Below are positions 1 through 14,098 of a stretch of 64,000 nt of DNA, in pieces (the stretch's first letter is position 1; every line of letters starts with the position of its first letter). This DNA is from Octopus vulgaris (Eukaryota): assembly GCA_951406725.2 (NCBI GenBank), contig OX597827.1, positions 40,610,001-40,674,000 of the forward strand. The letters are read 5' to 3'. The notes beneath the pieces are model-generated. The model did not search any database. It worked only from the letters and a program-made list of their open reading frames with translations, and was not told where the DNA came from. The position numbers and the translations under genes are program-made.

Positions 1-27
1 GTTGCGCATTTGTTATGCTTATCAAAA
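1..27 (-). ncRNA. Partial hammerhead-like motif (U3-A8 variant family), cut by the window edge
   Basis: Reverse complement reads TTGATAA-gcat-aacaa-atgc-GCAA-c, identical to the motif at 21552-21576; (TA)n follows from 81. Confidence 0.5.
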
Positions 28-76
28 TTTTTTTTAAGAGAGAAAGAGTTCCTTTCTGATAGATTTTTTCCTCTTA

Positions 77-130
<54 letters not shown>

Positions 131-191
131 GAGTGTATGTGTGTATACATGCATAGATGCACACATACACATGCAAACGCACACAAACATA

Positions 192-410
192 CGGTGGGCT
201 GCTGAAAAGTTCCTTGTTTTGAGTGAAAGAGAATACAGGAGAAGCAGTTAATTGCGATTTCATTCAACATATTCCCCTCTCAGATTTACACACTTATTGC
301 AGCAGTCATTCAGTGCCTTTTTAAGACTTGCAAAAGAACTTAGAAGGTTGGGTCACCAGCCAGGCCTTCCGTGACACCCTTAAAGCCAGGAAATTTTCAA
401 TACCCTTTTG
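192..410. mobile_element. Mariner-type MITE (diverged copy)
   Basis: TIR-like ends gctgaaaagttcc / aaagccaggaaattttca; body homologous to 37506-37735. Confidence 0.7.
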
Positions 411-483
411 TATGTGTGCGTGTAACATATGCATCGATGAACATGTGCTTACGTATATTATAAAATCTGTCTATCTGTCTGTA

Positions 484-650
<167 letters not shown>

Positions 651-1015
651 TTATAAATGTGTACATTATATGAGTGCGTGTATATGTGTATATCATACAT
701 CCATACGTACACACACATATACGCACACATACACTCATATATATGTGCGTGTGTGTGACTGTGTATATATATGTTGTTGGCATCCTTTTTGTCTCGGGAG
801 ACAATGGAGTTGCGCATAAAATAATCATAATCTAGTCCGACTCTCACACCCCATGTCCCAATACATCCCACGCTGCGGCCGTGGCAGCCCCATACAATCC
901 CGGACATGTGGAGTGAACGATGGGAAGAGACTAACCAATGAGAAGGAGCGATTCAGAAGCAGAGCGGGTCCGAGATGAAATGTAAGAAAGTAGAAATAGA
1001 AGATAAGCAAGGAGA

Positions 1016-1082
<67 letters not shown>

Positions 1083-1450
1083 GAATTCTGGGAATTGGTA
1101 TACTCTTTTACTCTTTTACTTGTTTCAGCCATCCGGCTGAGGCCATGCTGGGGCACCGCCCTTGATACAATTTTAAAAAAAGCTGTTTTCCTGGAATGGG
1201 AAGTGGTTGCACACTGAACAGGATATGGTGATTGCGACACATTTTTACGAAAACATAAAAATACTCTGCAATATTTATTTATTTACTTTCTGAGTTCTTA
1301 TCCTCCTGAAGTTGACTTTTGCCATTCATCCAAACGCAAACAAGATTGCTGAAATCAAGTACTTGTTACGTATTGGCGGGAAAACAATCAGCTGTATATC
1401 CTATATCCGTGTTTGTATATATGTTCTGCGTATGTATGTATTTATGTATG

Positions 1451-1592
<142 letters not shown>

Positions 1593-1797
1593 TATATATA
1601 TGTGTGTATGTATGTATGTATAATTTTAAAATAGGATAAAATCTTTATAATAAATTATCTAGTTAGCGTGAAAAACGTCATAGGGGAAACATTTCTTAAT
1701 GTTTCCCTTTAAATATATTTATTTATATTAAGGGCATTACTATACATAAATGCCTCACGCTAGGAGGGACTCTTAAGTCAAAACTACCATAATAAAA

Positions 1798-1924
<127 letters not shown>

Positions 1925-2005
1925 ATATATATATATAGTGTGAAAATAATAAGGGTAGAAAATTTTGAGAAATTTTTCTACCGGTGGCCAGCATGCGTAA
2001 TAAAG

Positions 2006-2096
<91 letters not shown>

Positions 2097-2103
2097 AGAG
2101 AGA

Positions 2104-2426
2104 GATTTCTTCTTGTGGGGATATTTAAAATCAAAAGTATTCAGTCATCGCCCTCGATCTATTGAGGAATTAAAACGTGCAATTTGTGTAGAAATTGCAA
2201 CCATTCCAGAAGAAATGATCCATTGAGTCATCGATAACTTTCATGAACGTCTCCAACAGTGTGTTGACAATGATGGGAAGCATTTAGCTGATTTAATTTT
2301 TAGAACTTAATGAAATAAAATGGCATTATATGTACATTAAGAAAATAAAATTTTTCTTTTCATTATTTCTTATTTTGTGCTTTTATTAAGCCTCCAAATG
2401 TGTCAGATCATTTTGGTCCACCCTGT
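2104..2426 (+). mobile_element. Tc1/mariner-superfamily transposase C-terminal remnant with right TIR
   Basis: Translates DFFLWGYLKSKVFSHRPRSIEELKRAICVEIATIPEEMIH*VIDNFHERLQQCVDNDGKHL; ends ...ccaccctg|TA. Confidence 0.85.
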
Positions 2427-2457
2427 ATATATATACATACATATATATATCTATATA

Positions 2458-2513
<56 letters not shown>

Positions 2514-2548
2514 TTTATATCTATATCTGTCTATCTATCTATCTATCT

Positions 2549-3270
2549 CAAAATAAAAACATGATGCCAAGGATTCAGCGGTACATATGTTTCGGGCCTT
2601 TATTAGACAGATTTATAACAATGCATAATGTATGTCTGTGGCCTTCTTCAGCCGCGCACAACAGCTTCCACAAGGACATGTGTTACATCAAAAATTCTTG
2701 GTTGGGGATGCAAATCCTCTCATTCGCGTACGACATAACGCGGCAACAGCATAGAATTGAAGCGTCCATCTCTTTCTTCTCTCAATGTAGAATGAGGAAA
2801 TTTGGATGTTGAAGTAATGTAAATAAATAAATACATATATAGACGTGAAGATGGAGGGGCGAGAATTCAGGACGAGGGATAAAAAATGTATAAAAAGTGT
2901 AAGTATAGAAAAATATAAAAATGTAGAGTATAAAGGTATAAAGAGATATAAGGAGATATAAAGGGGATATAAAGAATATAAAGAAATATAAATGAATGTA
3001 AAGGCATAAGGTTATAAAGTAAAAATAGAAATAGAAATAAAAGTAAAAAGTAAAAAAATAAAAATAGGAATAAACATGATAAAAATGTAAAAAAAATATA
3101 AAGATAAGGGATGTATAGAGGTTACGGACCAAACATGGTGGTCAGGAGATTGATAAAATTTAGTTGTAGAAGCTTTGGGTGTCAATAAATCAACAGGGTC
3201 GTCTGGGGACCTAGTGTATTGTAAATCAGAGCTGTTGAGCGGTTAATCTAGTTCTTTGAATTAATTGGTC
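2549..3270 (-). mobile_element. Probable Penelope-like element 3' remnant
   Basis: Hammerhead near its 3' end plus an A-rich tract (2820-3115) like the one in the GIY-YIG element at 34210-34600; abuts microsatellite. Confidence 0.5.
2578..2655 (-). ncRNA. Type I hammerhead ribozyme, canonical core, extended stem II
   Basis: Reverse complement: gcgg-CTGAAGA-a-ggcc-[~40 nt]-ggcc-c-GAAA-catatg-TA-ccgc. Stem I gcgg/ccgc, palindromic stem III ACATATGT, GUA site. Confidence 0.8.
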
Positions 3271-3279
3271 ATCTTGTAC

Positions 3280-3901
3280 ATACATACCATCATGGATACA
3301 TACACCCATATACACGCGCACATATACGCGCGCATACACGGCTCCAAGCCTATAAGCATACACACGCACTCACGTGTAAACATGTACATAAACACACATA
3401 CACCCACACGCACGCGCGTACATATACATACATACAACAGAATATGCGCATATATACACGGACATTATACGTGTACGCACCCATATATACATACGTGCGT
3501 CCATCCTTACATACACATACACAGATGCCCACGCTTCCAGGTTTAGATATAAGATATTAAAGGATGTATATAAGAACGTATGTAAAGAATCACGCACTCA
3601 CGCCTACACGTGCACGCACACACGGCTGTGTGTCCATATGTGCGTGCACATATACACTTACATACACACACAGAGACATACGCGCATATGGGTATAGCTA
3701 TAAGATATTAAAAGATGTATACAAATAGGTGTAAACATATGAACGTCTGAAACATAGAAACATCTACGTCTGGATGTGCATACCCCGTATTTCTTTACAT
3801 TTTTTTACATGTTTTCTTATATTCCTGAGCGTTATACTAATACATCTGTTTGTTTTTTACACCACCTGTCTTCGTCTTTTGTTTTTTTCGTAAACTCTCC
3901 C
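3280..3901 (+). mobile_element. Penelope-like terminal-repeat remnant without HHR
   Basis: 3' part (cctgagcgttatactaatacatctgtttg...cctgtcttcgtcttttg...ctctccc) matches the reverse complement of the HHR-bearing islands at 50699 and 63661. Confidence 0.5.
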
Positions 3902-3920
3902 TATATATACATAGCAAAAA

Positions 3921-3958
3921 CTGTCTGATGAACGGCAACGAGAAACTCAGAGTAACAG
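3921..3958 (+). ncRNA. Minimal type I hammerhead ribozyme
   Basis: ctgt-CTGATGA-a-cg-gcaa-cg-a-GAAA-ctcagag-TA-acag. Stem I ctgt/acag, stem III ACTC/GAGT, GUA site; lies in an ~80-bp island next to (TA)n. Confidence 0.7.
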
Positions 3959-3990
3959 ATTTTGTTGAATTTTCTTCTGCTTTAAATAAA

Positions 3991-4048
<58 letters not shown>

Positions 4049-4136
4049 CACATGTGAGCGAGTGCTATTGCCTGTCAGTGAGTGTGTGTGCTTATGTGTG
4101 CGTGTGTTCGTTTGTGTGTGTCTATGTGTTCGTGCG

Positions 4137-4167
<31 letters not shown>

Positions 4168-4406
4168 TTTGTGTTCGCGTTCGTCTCCATCTGCGTGTGT
4201 GCATGTATGTATGTTTGTGTACGTATGTGTGTTTGCGTGTTGCGAAGATGAAATAACAGGATATACGTTTAGCCAGACTTAATTTGGGTAATCCCCTTGT
4301 CATTTATGATACAAATACAATAGGTAGTTATGTCTGTCTGTTTCTCAGTAGACTTACTTTCTCGTTTCGTTTATTTGTTTATTTATTATCATCCTCTCTC
4401 TCTGTG

Positions 4407-4456
<50 letters not shown>

Positions 4457-4677
4457 TCTCTCTCTCTCTCTTCCTCTCTCTCTCTCTCTCTCCTCCCGTT
4501 TCTGTATCTGTATATCTATCATCCTCTTAATGTTACATTGTCTCGCTCAACTAGCTTACATTATTTAGGTATTTCCACTCGTGCCACGTTCTGCCGTGGT
4601 CTCTGCTTCTCATATTTTGCTACCCACTTAAACCAGTCATCCACTCAATGCGACGCTCAGCGGGGGCTGGTAATAGT

Positions 4678-4797
<120 letters not shown>

Positions 4798-4943
4798 CGT
4801 CTTCCTGGTACGAAACTGCACTAGATATTTGAGTAACTCTTAGTTATTCAATGGCCTACTGCCAATAATAATAATAATAATAATAAAAATAATAATAACA
4901 ACAACAACAACAAAAGTAGCAACAACAACAACAATGATAATAA

Positions 4944-5958
4944 TATTTTCGTTTACATGCCACAAGGGCGAAGAATGAGGGGGACAAAACAAAGACAGGC
5001 ATAAAGTGTTGAGGTCTACATATAATGAAATGATAAAAATGGAAAAAAAGAAAGTATAGACGGTATACACTGAAAAAGAAGGGACATATGCATAGCATAC
5101 AAGGGTTTGAAAAAAAAAGTGGCGGGGAGGATGATAGAGATGTGGCCCTCCTGATACAGGAAGGCCTTTAGGGATACTCAAGGTACCCCACTGTCTGAGA
5201 TTTCCCTGAAACTCCAGGAGCAAATGCTTTCTCCAATTCCTTCTCTCCGACGCACAGGTCTACACTTAGAAAGGTACCATCCACTCTTGCCATTTTCGCA
5301 ACTTTCACCCACCTTTCCATAAACTCACTCGAGCACAGCACTTCCCTCTCCACTCTCAATTTCCTTTTTCAAGTGAACTTGAAGAAGTCAATGACAGATC
5401 TACCGAGGAGGAATATATCTGTCCTCATACCTTTCAACCTGTCCACCAAATAACCGCTTTCGCCACAGCCACCTGGCAAAGGAAAATTGCCTTGCCTGCC
5501 TGATTGAAGGAGGGCGGCGGTGCGATCATCACTACAGACTCGGCCGACAGACGGATCCGTCCCACACGTGACAGCAGCTGTTCGACATAACCCCACAAGT
5601 CAGCAATGCTCAGAACTGAACGAGGGCGTGCAGAACGTTTTCGTCACTCTGCGCGCACCTCTGACAAGCGCGTCTGACAGCACATCCATGCCTGTAGAGT
5701 TTATCTCGAACCGGTAGCGCTCCCCGTAGCACTGCCAGGCCAAGGCCATCTGGACATTATCTATGATAGTTCCCGACCGGAACGTCCTCCGGAACAGACT
5801 AGCCAGTTCGTTCTCGCCGGCGCCCAGAGTCTCCCCGAGAACGTCATCGCACTTCCCCGCCATTAATCCTCTATAAATTTCTAAATCGGAACATCCATCG
5901 ATCCCATTGCCCGACTGGGAGAGGGTTGAGAGTGCTTGACGACATTCTAGGTACCAAG
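4944..5958 (-). mobile_element. 5'-truncated L1/Tx1-clade LINE (ORF2 C-terminus plus 3' UTR), frameshifted
   Basis: Stitched frames give LAWQCY/GALPVRDKLYRHGCAVRRACQRCAQSDENVLHAL (zf-RVT-like C-C-H motif)...AVAKAVIWWT/RLKGM...REVLCSSEFMERWVKVA; the tail runs into (TAT/TGT)n. Confidence 0.8.
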
Positions 5959-5961
5959 TAT

Positions 5962-6124
5962 ATACAATATACCGAAAATAGCACCTCTAGACACCGCACA
6001 CACCCTACATAAGACACTTTCAATACAGTAAAAAAAAAGCACCACAACAAACGACAGCAAATACCCAAAACACACAGAGCTGCGCTCAATAGTGCAGTGG
6101 AAGCACGTGATAAAAATACTACTA

Positions 6125-6128
<4 letters not shown>
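5962..6128 (+). mobile_element. Possible LINE 3' end followed by (TAA)n
   Basis: Unique A-rich segment ending agctgcgctcaatagtgcagtggaagcacgtgataaaaatactactactg then (AAT)n; family not determined. Confidence 0.3.
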
Positions 6129-6175
<47 letters not shown>

Positions 6176-6395
6176 CCTTTCTACTAATAGCACAAGGCAT
6201 GAAAATTTGGGTGGGCGAGGGGACTAGTCAATTACATCGACCCCAGTGTTTCACTGGTACTTAATTTATCAACCCTGAAAGGATGAAAGACAAAGTCGAC
6301 TTCGGCAGAATTTGAACTCAGGCCGTAAAGACAGAACGAAACGTCGCTAAGTATTTAGCCCGGCGTGCAGAAGATTCAGCTATCTCGCTGCCTTC
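6176..6395 (-). mobile_element. SINE-A (tail type ii)
   Basis: Homologous to the head/body of 6859-7025; tail gactagtcccctc...ccttgtgc...agaaaggat then (TAT)n. Confidence 0.85.
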
Positions 6396-6858
6396 ATCTC
6401 CGAAATAATAAGGGTAATAGGCACACACACTCACACACACATCTAACCCAGTTTTACCAACAAGCTAACAATAAGATATACATCAGCCTTACCAAAAGCA
6501 GATATTAGAATAATCAACAATGTCCAACATCAAAAAGATAATTCTCTCAAAACCAGGGCAGCTTCTTATCTGTCTTTTTGGTACAATTCCAAGAGGTATC
6601 ACATTGTTGAAAGCGACAAATAACAAAGAAAGCTGCAAACTCATACAATCTAATATAAAGAACTGCTGTCCATATATTTCGAAATAGCTATTAATGGATG
6701 TTTTGAAATTTGTAAGACCTTTTCACCCATCATTAACACAGAAATCAATGTAATTCTACACACTAGAAAGAAAAAAAAAACGAATTATTCTGCGACAATA
6801 ATATGGATTAAGAAACGCTAAGAACGAACTCTACGTTTGATATTAGTATATTAGTATA

Positions 6859-7090
6859 GGCGGCGAGCTGGCAGAAACGTTAGCACGCCGGGCGAAATGC
6901 TTCGCGGTATTTCGTCTGCCGTTACGTTCTGAGTTCAAATTCCGCCGAGGTCGACTTTGCCTTTCATCCTTTCGGGGTCGATAAATAAAGTACCAGTTTC
7001 GCACTGGGGTCGATGTAATCGACTTAATCCGTTTGTCTGTCCTTGTTTGTCCCCTCTATGTTTAGCCCCTTGTGGGTAGTAAAGAAATAG
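6859..7090 (+). mobile_element. SINE-A, full length, tRNA-derived (tail type i), with TSD
   Basis: A-box-like tggcagaaacgttag, B-box-like gttcaaattcc; direct repeat gatattagtata on both flanks; multiple copies in the window. Confidence 0.9.
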
Positions 7091-8582
7091 ATATTAGTAT
7101 AAGAAGCCGTAGGTAAGACGATATATCCTTCGCCGCTTATATATCAAATTTCTACATATCTTCAATGTCTTTTAAAAAGTCGACAGTCTTGTTATAAGAA
7201 ACATAAATAAACAGCGTTCTTAGAAATTCAAGATAGAACTCTCTTCTATCCTTTTTAACCGTTGAATTCATCTTAAAAATATGAGTGGAACATAACCTCA
7301 AGATGATAAACTACCTTGATGTTACGTTTAACTTGCAAATTCACAATTCACAGATAACCAGATGAGTCATTGCACTACATACATAAACTCTCCAATCATC
7401 GTAATGATATTTCATATAACCTGATCATAGTAAATATTTCCCTTTGTGTATACTGCTTCAGCATAATACAATAAGGTGTTATTACGTAGTGGATTCATTG
7501 AAAACTATAGATACGAAAAAGAAATGGCAAAACACAAACTCACATTAAAGCCAAAGTAACTGTTTCTTCATTGTTACAAGGACAGAAATTTGGAGGAAAA
7601 GATACTTTACTAGTACATAAGTTATCGACCTTGGAATGATGAAATGCAAAATTGACGTCAGCAGAAATTGAATTTAGAACGTCAAGAGCTAGAACAAATA
7701 TTGCAAGGTATTTTATCTGACACGCTCACAATTCTACCATTTCACGTCCATACATTATGGTCAAAATAAGAACGATGAATCTTCCTTGGTACTGCTTTTC
7801 TTTAAATCAGGACTTTTACGTACCTGTGGCAAAATTATTCTTTAAACTGCTTCACAAAATATTTTCTGCAAGCCACACATTCTATTCAATTTTGATGGAT
7901 ATTAATGGAATTTCGTATTTGACCACACCAATTTTTTTCAGCCCTCATTGAATATGGACCCACCCAAATTCCATGATCCACCCAATACCCAAAATGTACG
8001 CCCTTGTAACTGCATACACCTAACAGAATGTCTACTCAAGTGTAGATGCAACTCCAAAGTTATTTACAGTGCAACATTTTTTTATCATTACATCGAAACT
8101 TAATATAACCTTAACTACTAATTATTTCAAAATAGATATTTACCACAGAGATCGACTTTCCGAAACCAACTTAAGAGTACTTGTTCGTTTACATAGGGGC
8201 CTTTAAAAATTAAGAGTACCAGGTTTAAGAAAAATATGTTATGGAGTCAATTTGCTCGACTAAAACCCTTTAAGGAGGTGCCGAAGAATAGCCCCAGTCC
8301 AGTGACTGAAGCAATAAGTTAAAAGATAATCTCGTTGATTTTTAACACTAAGGTGAGATCTAAAACTATTAAGTTTTAAGTTTCGATCTTCAGATTCCAT
8401 CCAGATAGGCTCTCAGTTTAAATCTCAAATTTCATCATCAGTGCATCACACTTATACAATATTGAAATAATGTGCTAGCTTTTAGAACCGAACCAACTAC
8501 ACTGAATCATTAACAAATGGAACATCACTATCCTTCCTGTGGTAAGAATAATTTCATACTAAATCAATCATTTATTTACAGA

Positions 8583-8966
8583 CTAGCAGTATCGCCCGGC
8601 GTTGCTCAGGTTTGTAAGGGAAATAACTATAAAGCATTTTTAGAGAGTTATAGCCAAAAAAATAGCAAAAAGATGGAAAAAAATGATGGTAAATTTTTTT
8701 GAGAGTAAAAAAAGGTGGAGTTGCGACCCCTAGACAGTTTGTGGTTTGTGTTTGTGATTCTGGACCCCATGTCGAATTTATCGATTTTTTTCAGAACTGG
8801 GGGAACTTTTCAAAATTTTCGCTGCGTTAGTTTTGAATTATGACATTGGGCTATGTGTGTGTCAAGTTTCATCAGAATCGGTTGAAAGCCGTGGTCAGGG
8901 TGAGGGTACAAGCAAACAGACACACAGAAACACGCACAGACAAACTGCCGTTTATATAGAGAGAGA
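8583..8966 (-). mobile_element. Non-autonomous Helitron
   Basis: On the minus strand: A|TC 5' end, subterminal hairpin cctgagcaacgccggg, CTAG|T 3' end (AT target, no TSD). Confidence 0.75.
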
Positions 8967-9467
8967 TGATTATACATGTCTAATTCAGACAGCTGACACA
9001 TTCTGTATGACTTCACGTAAAACCCGAAGATACACATTCCAATCATATTCGGATTTTAGCGTATTTCTGTAATTTATCGTCTTGTACAATCATTCACGGC
9101 TGAATTCATGTATTTATGCACTCCTTCATTCCTCAGATAATAGCATTTTATTTTATCCTATTTCATGGCATTCTATTATAGGTCATGTTGTTCTATTTAT
9201 GTATGTTATTTAATTATGCTAATTTTTCCTTTATCTACATTCATGTTTAATATTACAATATGTCTTCTTTTCATCAGACAGTAACTTACCCTCCACCCAC
9301 CACCAGTTTACACCTTCTTTTCTCATTTGACTTCTCCTATTGTAGATCATTCTTTCTCACTATTCCCCTCACTTCTCAAGTTATATAAACAATGTTACAA
9401 GTGGATTTTTATCATAATTTTGCCAATGCGCCAGATGATCCTGAACCATCTCTTCAAACTAATTTAA

Positions 9468-9780
<313 letters not shown>

Positions 9781-9920
9781 CCCTTCATATATATATATAT
9801 ATATATATACATACATACATATATATATATACACCCGCCCTAATATCTGTCACTACTCACCCTATATATATATATGCATATATATAAATATATATATATA
9901 TACACACACACAAATATATA

Positions 9921-9971
<51 letters not shown>

Positions 9972-9972
9972 T

Positions 9973-10013
<41 letters not shown>

Positions 10014-11025
10014 GGAGAGAGAGGGAGGTATGAGGAGTTTTCGTCGAAATGACTCAAAGTAATAGGTATCTGTAAATCCGACTTAATGTGCATCTCATGT
10101 TAGAATGCTGAATGATGATTTATCCCCCTTGAGAGGTCCTCTCATATTGACGCATGCTGCATAAAAGCACAAACACATATCATAGCAGAGAAAGGGCTGG
10201 GCGCCAGAACTGACAGACGATGTGATTTCAGCGCACTGCGCTTCTTCAGTGGCAAGTGTCCGGCGACCAAATACCAGCCAAATCTCGCTACCAACGTTGC
10301 ATAGAATAAGAGTGTATGTTAAGTCACTGTGTCGCAAATAGTCAGTAGGTTTATTAATAAATAATTATTAGCAACGAAAAGACAACCTTTAAATCAAACT
10401 CAATATGTGAGGACTTCTGAATGCGAATAACAAGGTATTCACGTTAATTTGGATTTAAAGATTGCCTCTTGATAATCTTTAAATCCAAATTTACAGCTGT
10501 TTCAAGGATGCGGTGACAAATAAATGCAGTAATGGGTATTATGCATACACAGACATGTACTAAAGTGATGTTAACAAATATATATATGGAATACGTCAAT
10601 TTAAGCGGTAGTCGTGATGCAGGCACGCACCACGCACCCCCCACCACCACCACACACTACTGTAGGCAGCTGGGTTTCCATGGTATTCTCCAGTAAGTCA
10701 AATTTGAAAACGCTCATGGATGATCGATCATCTTACGGAAGTTAGTTTTGTGAATGTTTGCGAAACTATTCGCTTAACGTATTAGTCTGTTGTAATTAAC
10801 CCCTATTTACATTACCGTTCAACTTTATCCCTTCAACAATGAATGCCTAAGCTTGTAGAAAACTGAACCACAGTTTCGGTCGGAGTCGCATACCGCTTTA
10901 CCAATCCACTAATCGTTAAGGATAATGAAAATTCGTTAATTGTAAGAGGATAAAGATTAAATCGAGAGAAATGTCCTTTTGTCTGAATACTCCTATTTAA
11001 CTGTATGTCAATACGTACATGCATG

Positions 11026-11085
<60 letters not shown>

Positions 11086-11087
<2 letters not shown>

Positions 11088-11203
11088 GTGATCACCGTGA
11101 CCGACCAGGCTATCAGATGTTGCTACACATCGCTGGTCACAATGTGCTTCGCATTTTTTTAGCCTTCAAATGACGCCACCCGCTGGCTAAGCGAGCAGGC
11201 CAA
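11086..11203 (-). mobile_element. SINE-C 3' fragment in (TA)n
   Basis: Reverse complement matches 17579-17676. Confidence 0.8.
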
Positions 11204-11446
11204 TATATATATATATGCGTATATGTATGTAAATGTCTGTGTGTGTTGTATGTGTGCATGTGTGTGTGTGTGTGTGTGTTGTGCATATGCACGTATGGTT
11301 TAGGAGAGTGGAATAATTTTTATTCGAAGCCCTATCACCAAGAGACCGCATCTCCGAGTTCAGTGTAACCGCTTTTGTCGATTGATGAAACAAGCAACGC
11401 GAAACTCGGATTCGCAATCTGTGCAGATACACTCTCGAGTAAAAAT

Positions 11447-11529
<83 letters not shown>

Positions 11530-11659
11530 GCATGCATGTATGTATGTATGTATGTATGTATGTATGTATGTATGTATGCATGTATGTATGTGTGTGTGTA
11601 TGTATGTATGTATGTATATATAATGCATATATATATACGTGTGTGTGTATGTGTGTGTG

Positions 11660-11746
<87 letters not shown>

Positions 11747-11888
11747 CTGAATTAATGGGCCTAACATCGTTTTCGGCAAATGAGATTCCCAGTTGTTTAG
11801 TCCACAGAACTATCAACATTGTATTTTAGAGAATGTGATACAGAGAGAGAACGACAGGAAGAGACCAGAGAGAGAGAGATAGATAGAT

Positions 11889-11920
<32 letters not shown>

Positions 11921-12461
11921 TTAGAGAGAGAGTTAGAGAGAGAGCACGTGAAAATTAAGAGGCGTACAAACTAAATGAAGACGTTAGTGACTTACACTTA
12001 ATCTACTTAACAGAACGGCTTAATGAAGTGATTTTAATTACCAAAAGTTAATCCACAAAACAATTAGCACAACAACAACAAAAACACCACCACCAACAAC
12101 AACTGCAAGGAGGGCAAAAATAACAACAAACTCCTTTATGCAGTAACTTGATCGGCTCCAAAATATGCTGAATTCCCTCAAATGGAAAACTAACTTAAAA
12201 ATAAATAAACGGAGATATGAAACAATGTAATTCGAAATGTACAAAAGAACTGAATGGCCATGCTTGGAACGTCTTTGATAAAAAGAGCTACTGGATCTAA
12301 CCTGAACTAGGGCTAAAACTGCAATAACAACTATCGGTAACAGAGCAGCCTACGTGTGTGTGTGTGTATGTGTGTGTGTGTGTGTGTATGTGTGTGCACG
12401 TGTGTTTATGTGTGCGTTTGTGTGTTTATAAATCATTTTTCGCGTAGACACACACACTCAC

Positions 12462-12501
<40 letters not shown>

Positions 12502-12538
12502 GCACACACACACACACACACGCGCACACACACACAAC

Positions 12539-12570
<32 letters not shown>

Positions 12571-13080
12571 GCGCACACACATACACACACACACACACAT
12601 ACACACACACACACACACACAAATTCATACAATGATGCACACCACTCCGTATCGCCTTACAATCGCGTCTACTTCCTTCCACTTGTAACGTCTCTGGCAT
12701 CACTCAACCCTACAGAAATCACTAATTAAGGTTTTAAGCAATTGAGATCTGGACAACGAGAAGAGGCGCGGATGTATGTCGATTCAAGATTGACTAATAT
12801 TATGTTACATTATGACTGATTTGTACCTTATCAACGACAACAAGACTCAATGACTCAGTATACCTCCTTCCAACTTGTTATTTAACATTACGTCAAATAT
12901 GATTAAGTAAAAATTCTTCTTAGACGTTTCTGCCATCTTCATTTTATTATGTTTTTGCATATTCATGACTGTATTGTCTCCCACGCGTTCTACCTCTTTT
13001 TCTTAAGACGGCAAGCTATGATTTGAGGAGGAATTTGTGTGCTCCTTGTAGCTAGTTTAATTTTTAAATAGATAGCATGT

Positions 13081-13288
13081 TTGGTTGTTTGTTTGTCCCT
13101 TCTCGAGCCATGCCTGGCTCATAAGGGCCGGATTCCCGGTTTCTTGGCGTATAGGTTCCCCACCCGGACGGGACACCGGTCCGTCGCAGGTGAGCTGCAA
13201 GATGCAGGAGGAAAGAGTGAGAGAAAGTTGTCGCGAAAGAGTCAGCAGAAGTTCGCCATTACCTTCTGCCGGAGCCGCGTGGAGCTTA
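13081..13288 (-). mobile_element. SINE sharing the SINE-C centre with a different tail
   Basis: Reverse complement aagctccacgcggctccggc...ttctctcactcttt matches ~17498-17571; tail tgcgacggaccggtgtcccgtcc...gaaaccggga...ggctcg. Confidence 0.7.
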
Positions 13289-13685
13289 CGTGTCTTTTAT
13301 TATAGTCCTGGGATTTGGTAGGCAGAAACTGAAAGAAACCTGTGGTATACACACACACACACACACACATACACATTTTAGTGTGTATATCTTTGTGTTT
13401 GTCCCACCACCGCTTTGACAGCCGGTGTTCTTTTGTTTACGTCCCTGTAACCTAGCAGTTTGGTAAAAAAACCCAATAAGTTTTAAAACATATCACTGGG
13501 GCCAATTCGTTTGACTAAAACCCCTCATAGCGCAGTGACCCATGGAGCAGAGTGATATAGAAACCATTATAACTGGTCATTAGAAATGCGCGAAACTCTT
13601 TATTTGTCTTCTTATTTAGATAATAATACATGCTCAGACCATAAACATTCACACGCACGCACATACACACATACACACACATACA

Positions 13686-14098
13686 TACTCTTTTACTTGT
13701 TTCAGTCATTTGATTGTGACCATGCTGGAGCACCGCCTTTAGTCGAGCAAATCAACCCCAACACTTATTCTTTGTAAGCCTAGTACTTATTCTATCGGTC
13801 TCTTTTTTGCCGAACCGCTAAGGTACGGGGACGTAAACACACCACCATCGGTTGTCAAGCGATGTTGGGGGGGACAAACACAGACACACAAACATATACA
13901 CACGCACACATACATATATATATACATATATACAATGGGATTCTTTCAGTTTCTGTCAACCAAATCCACTCACAGGGCTTTGGTCGGCCCGAGGCTATAG
14001 TAGAAGATACTTGCCCAAGGTGCCACGCAGTGGGACTGAACCCGGAACCATGTTGTTGGTAAGCAAGCTACTTACCACACAGCCACTCCTACGCCTAT
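13686..14098 (-). mobile_element. SINE-B, full length
   Basis: tRNA-like head (tggctgtgtggtaag...ggttcagtccc), internal microsatellite, tail ggcggtgctccagcatggtcacaatcaaatgactgaaacaagtaaaagagta. Confidence 0.9.

Noticed and set aside
825-985. GC-richer segment with CCAAT, possible promoter
   Set aside because: A single short motif with no associated gene.
11353-11410. Possible type III hammerhead (tccgagt...TTGATGA...GAAActcgga)
   Set aside because: Stem III pairs well, but stems I and II do not close on the core, and it is single copy.
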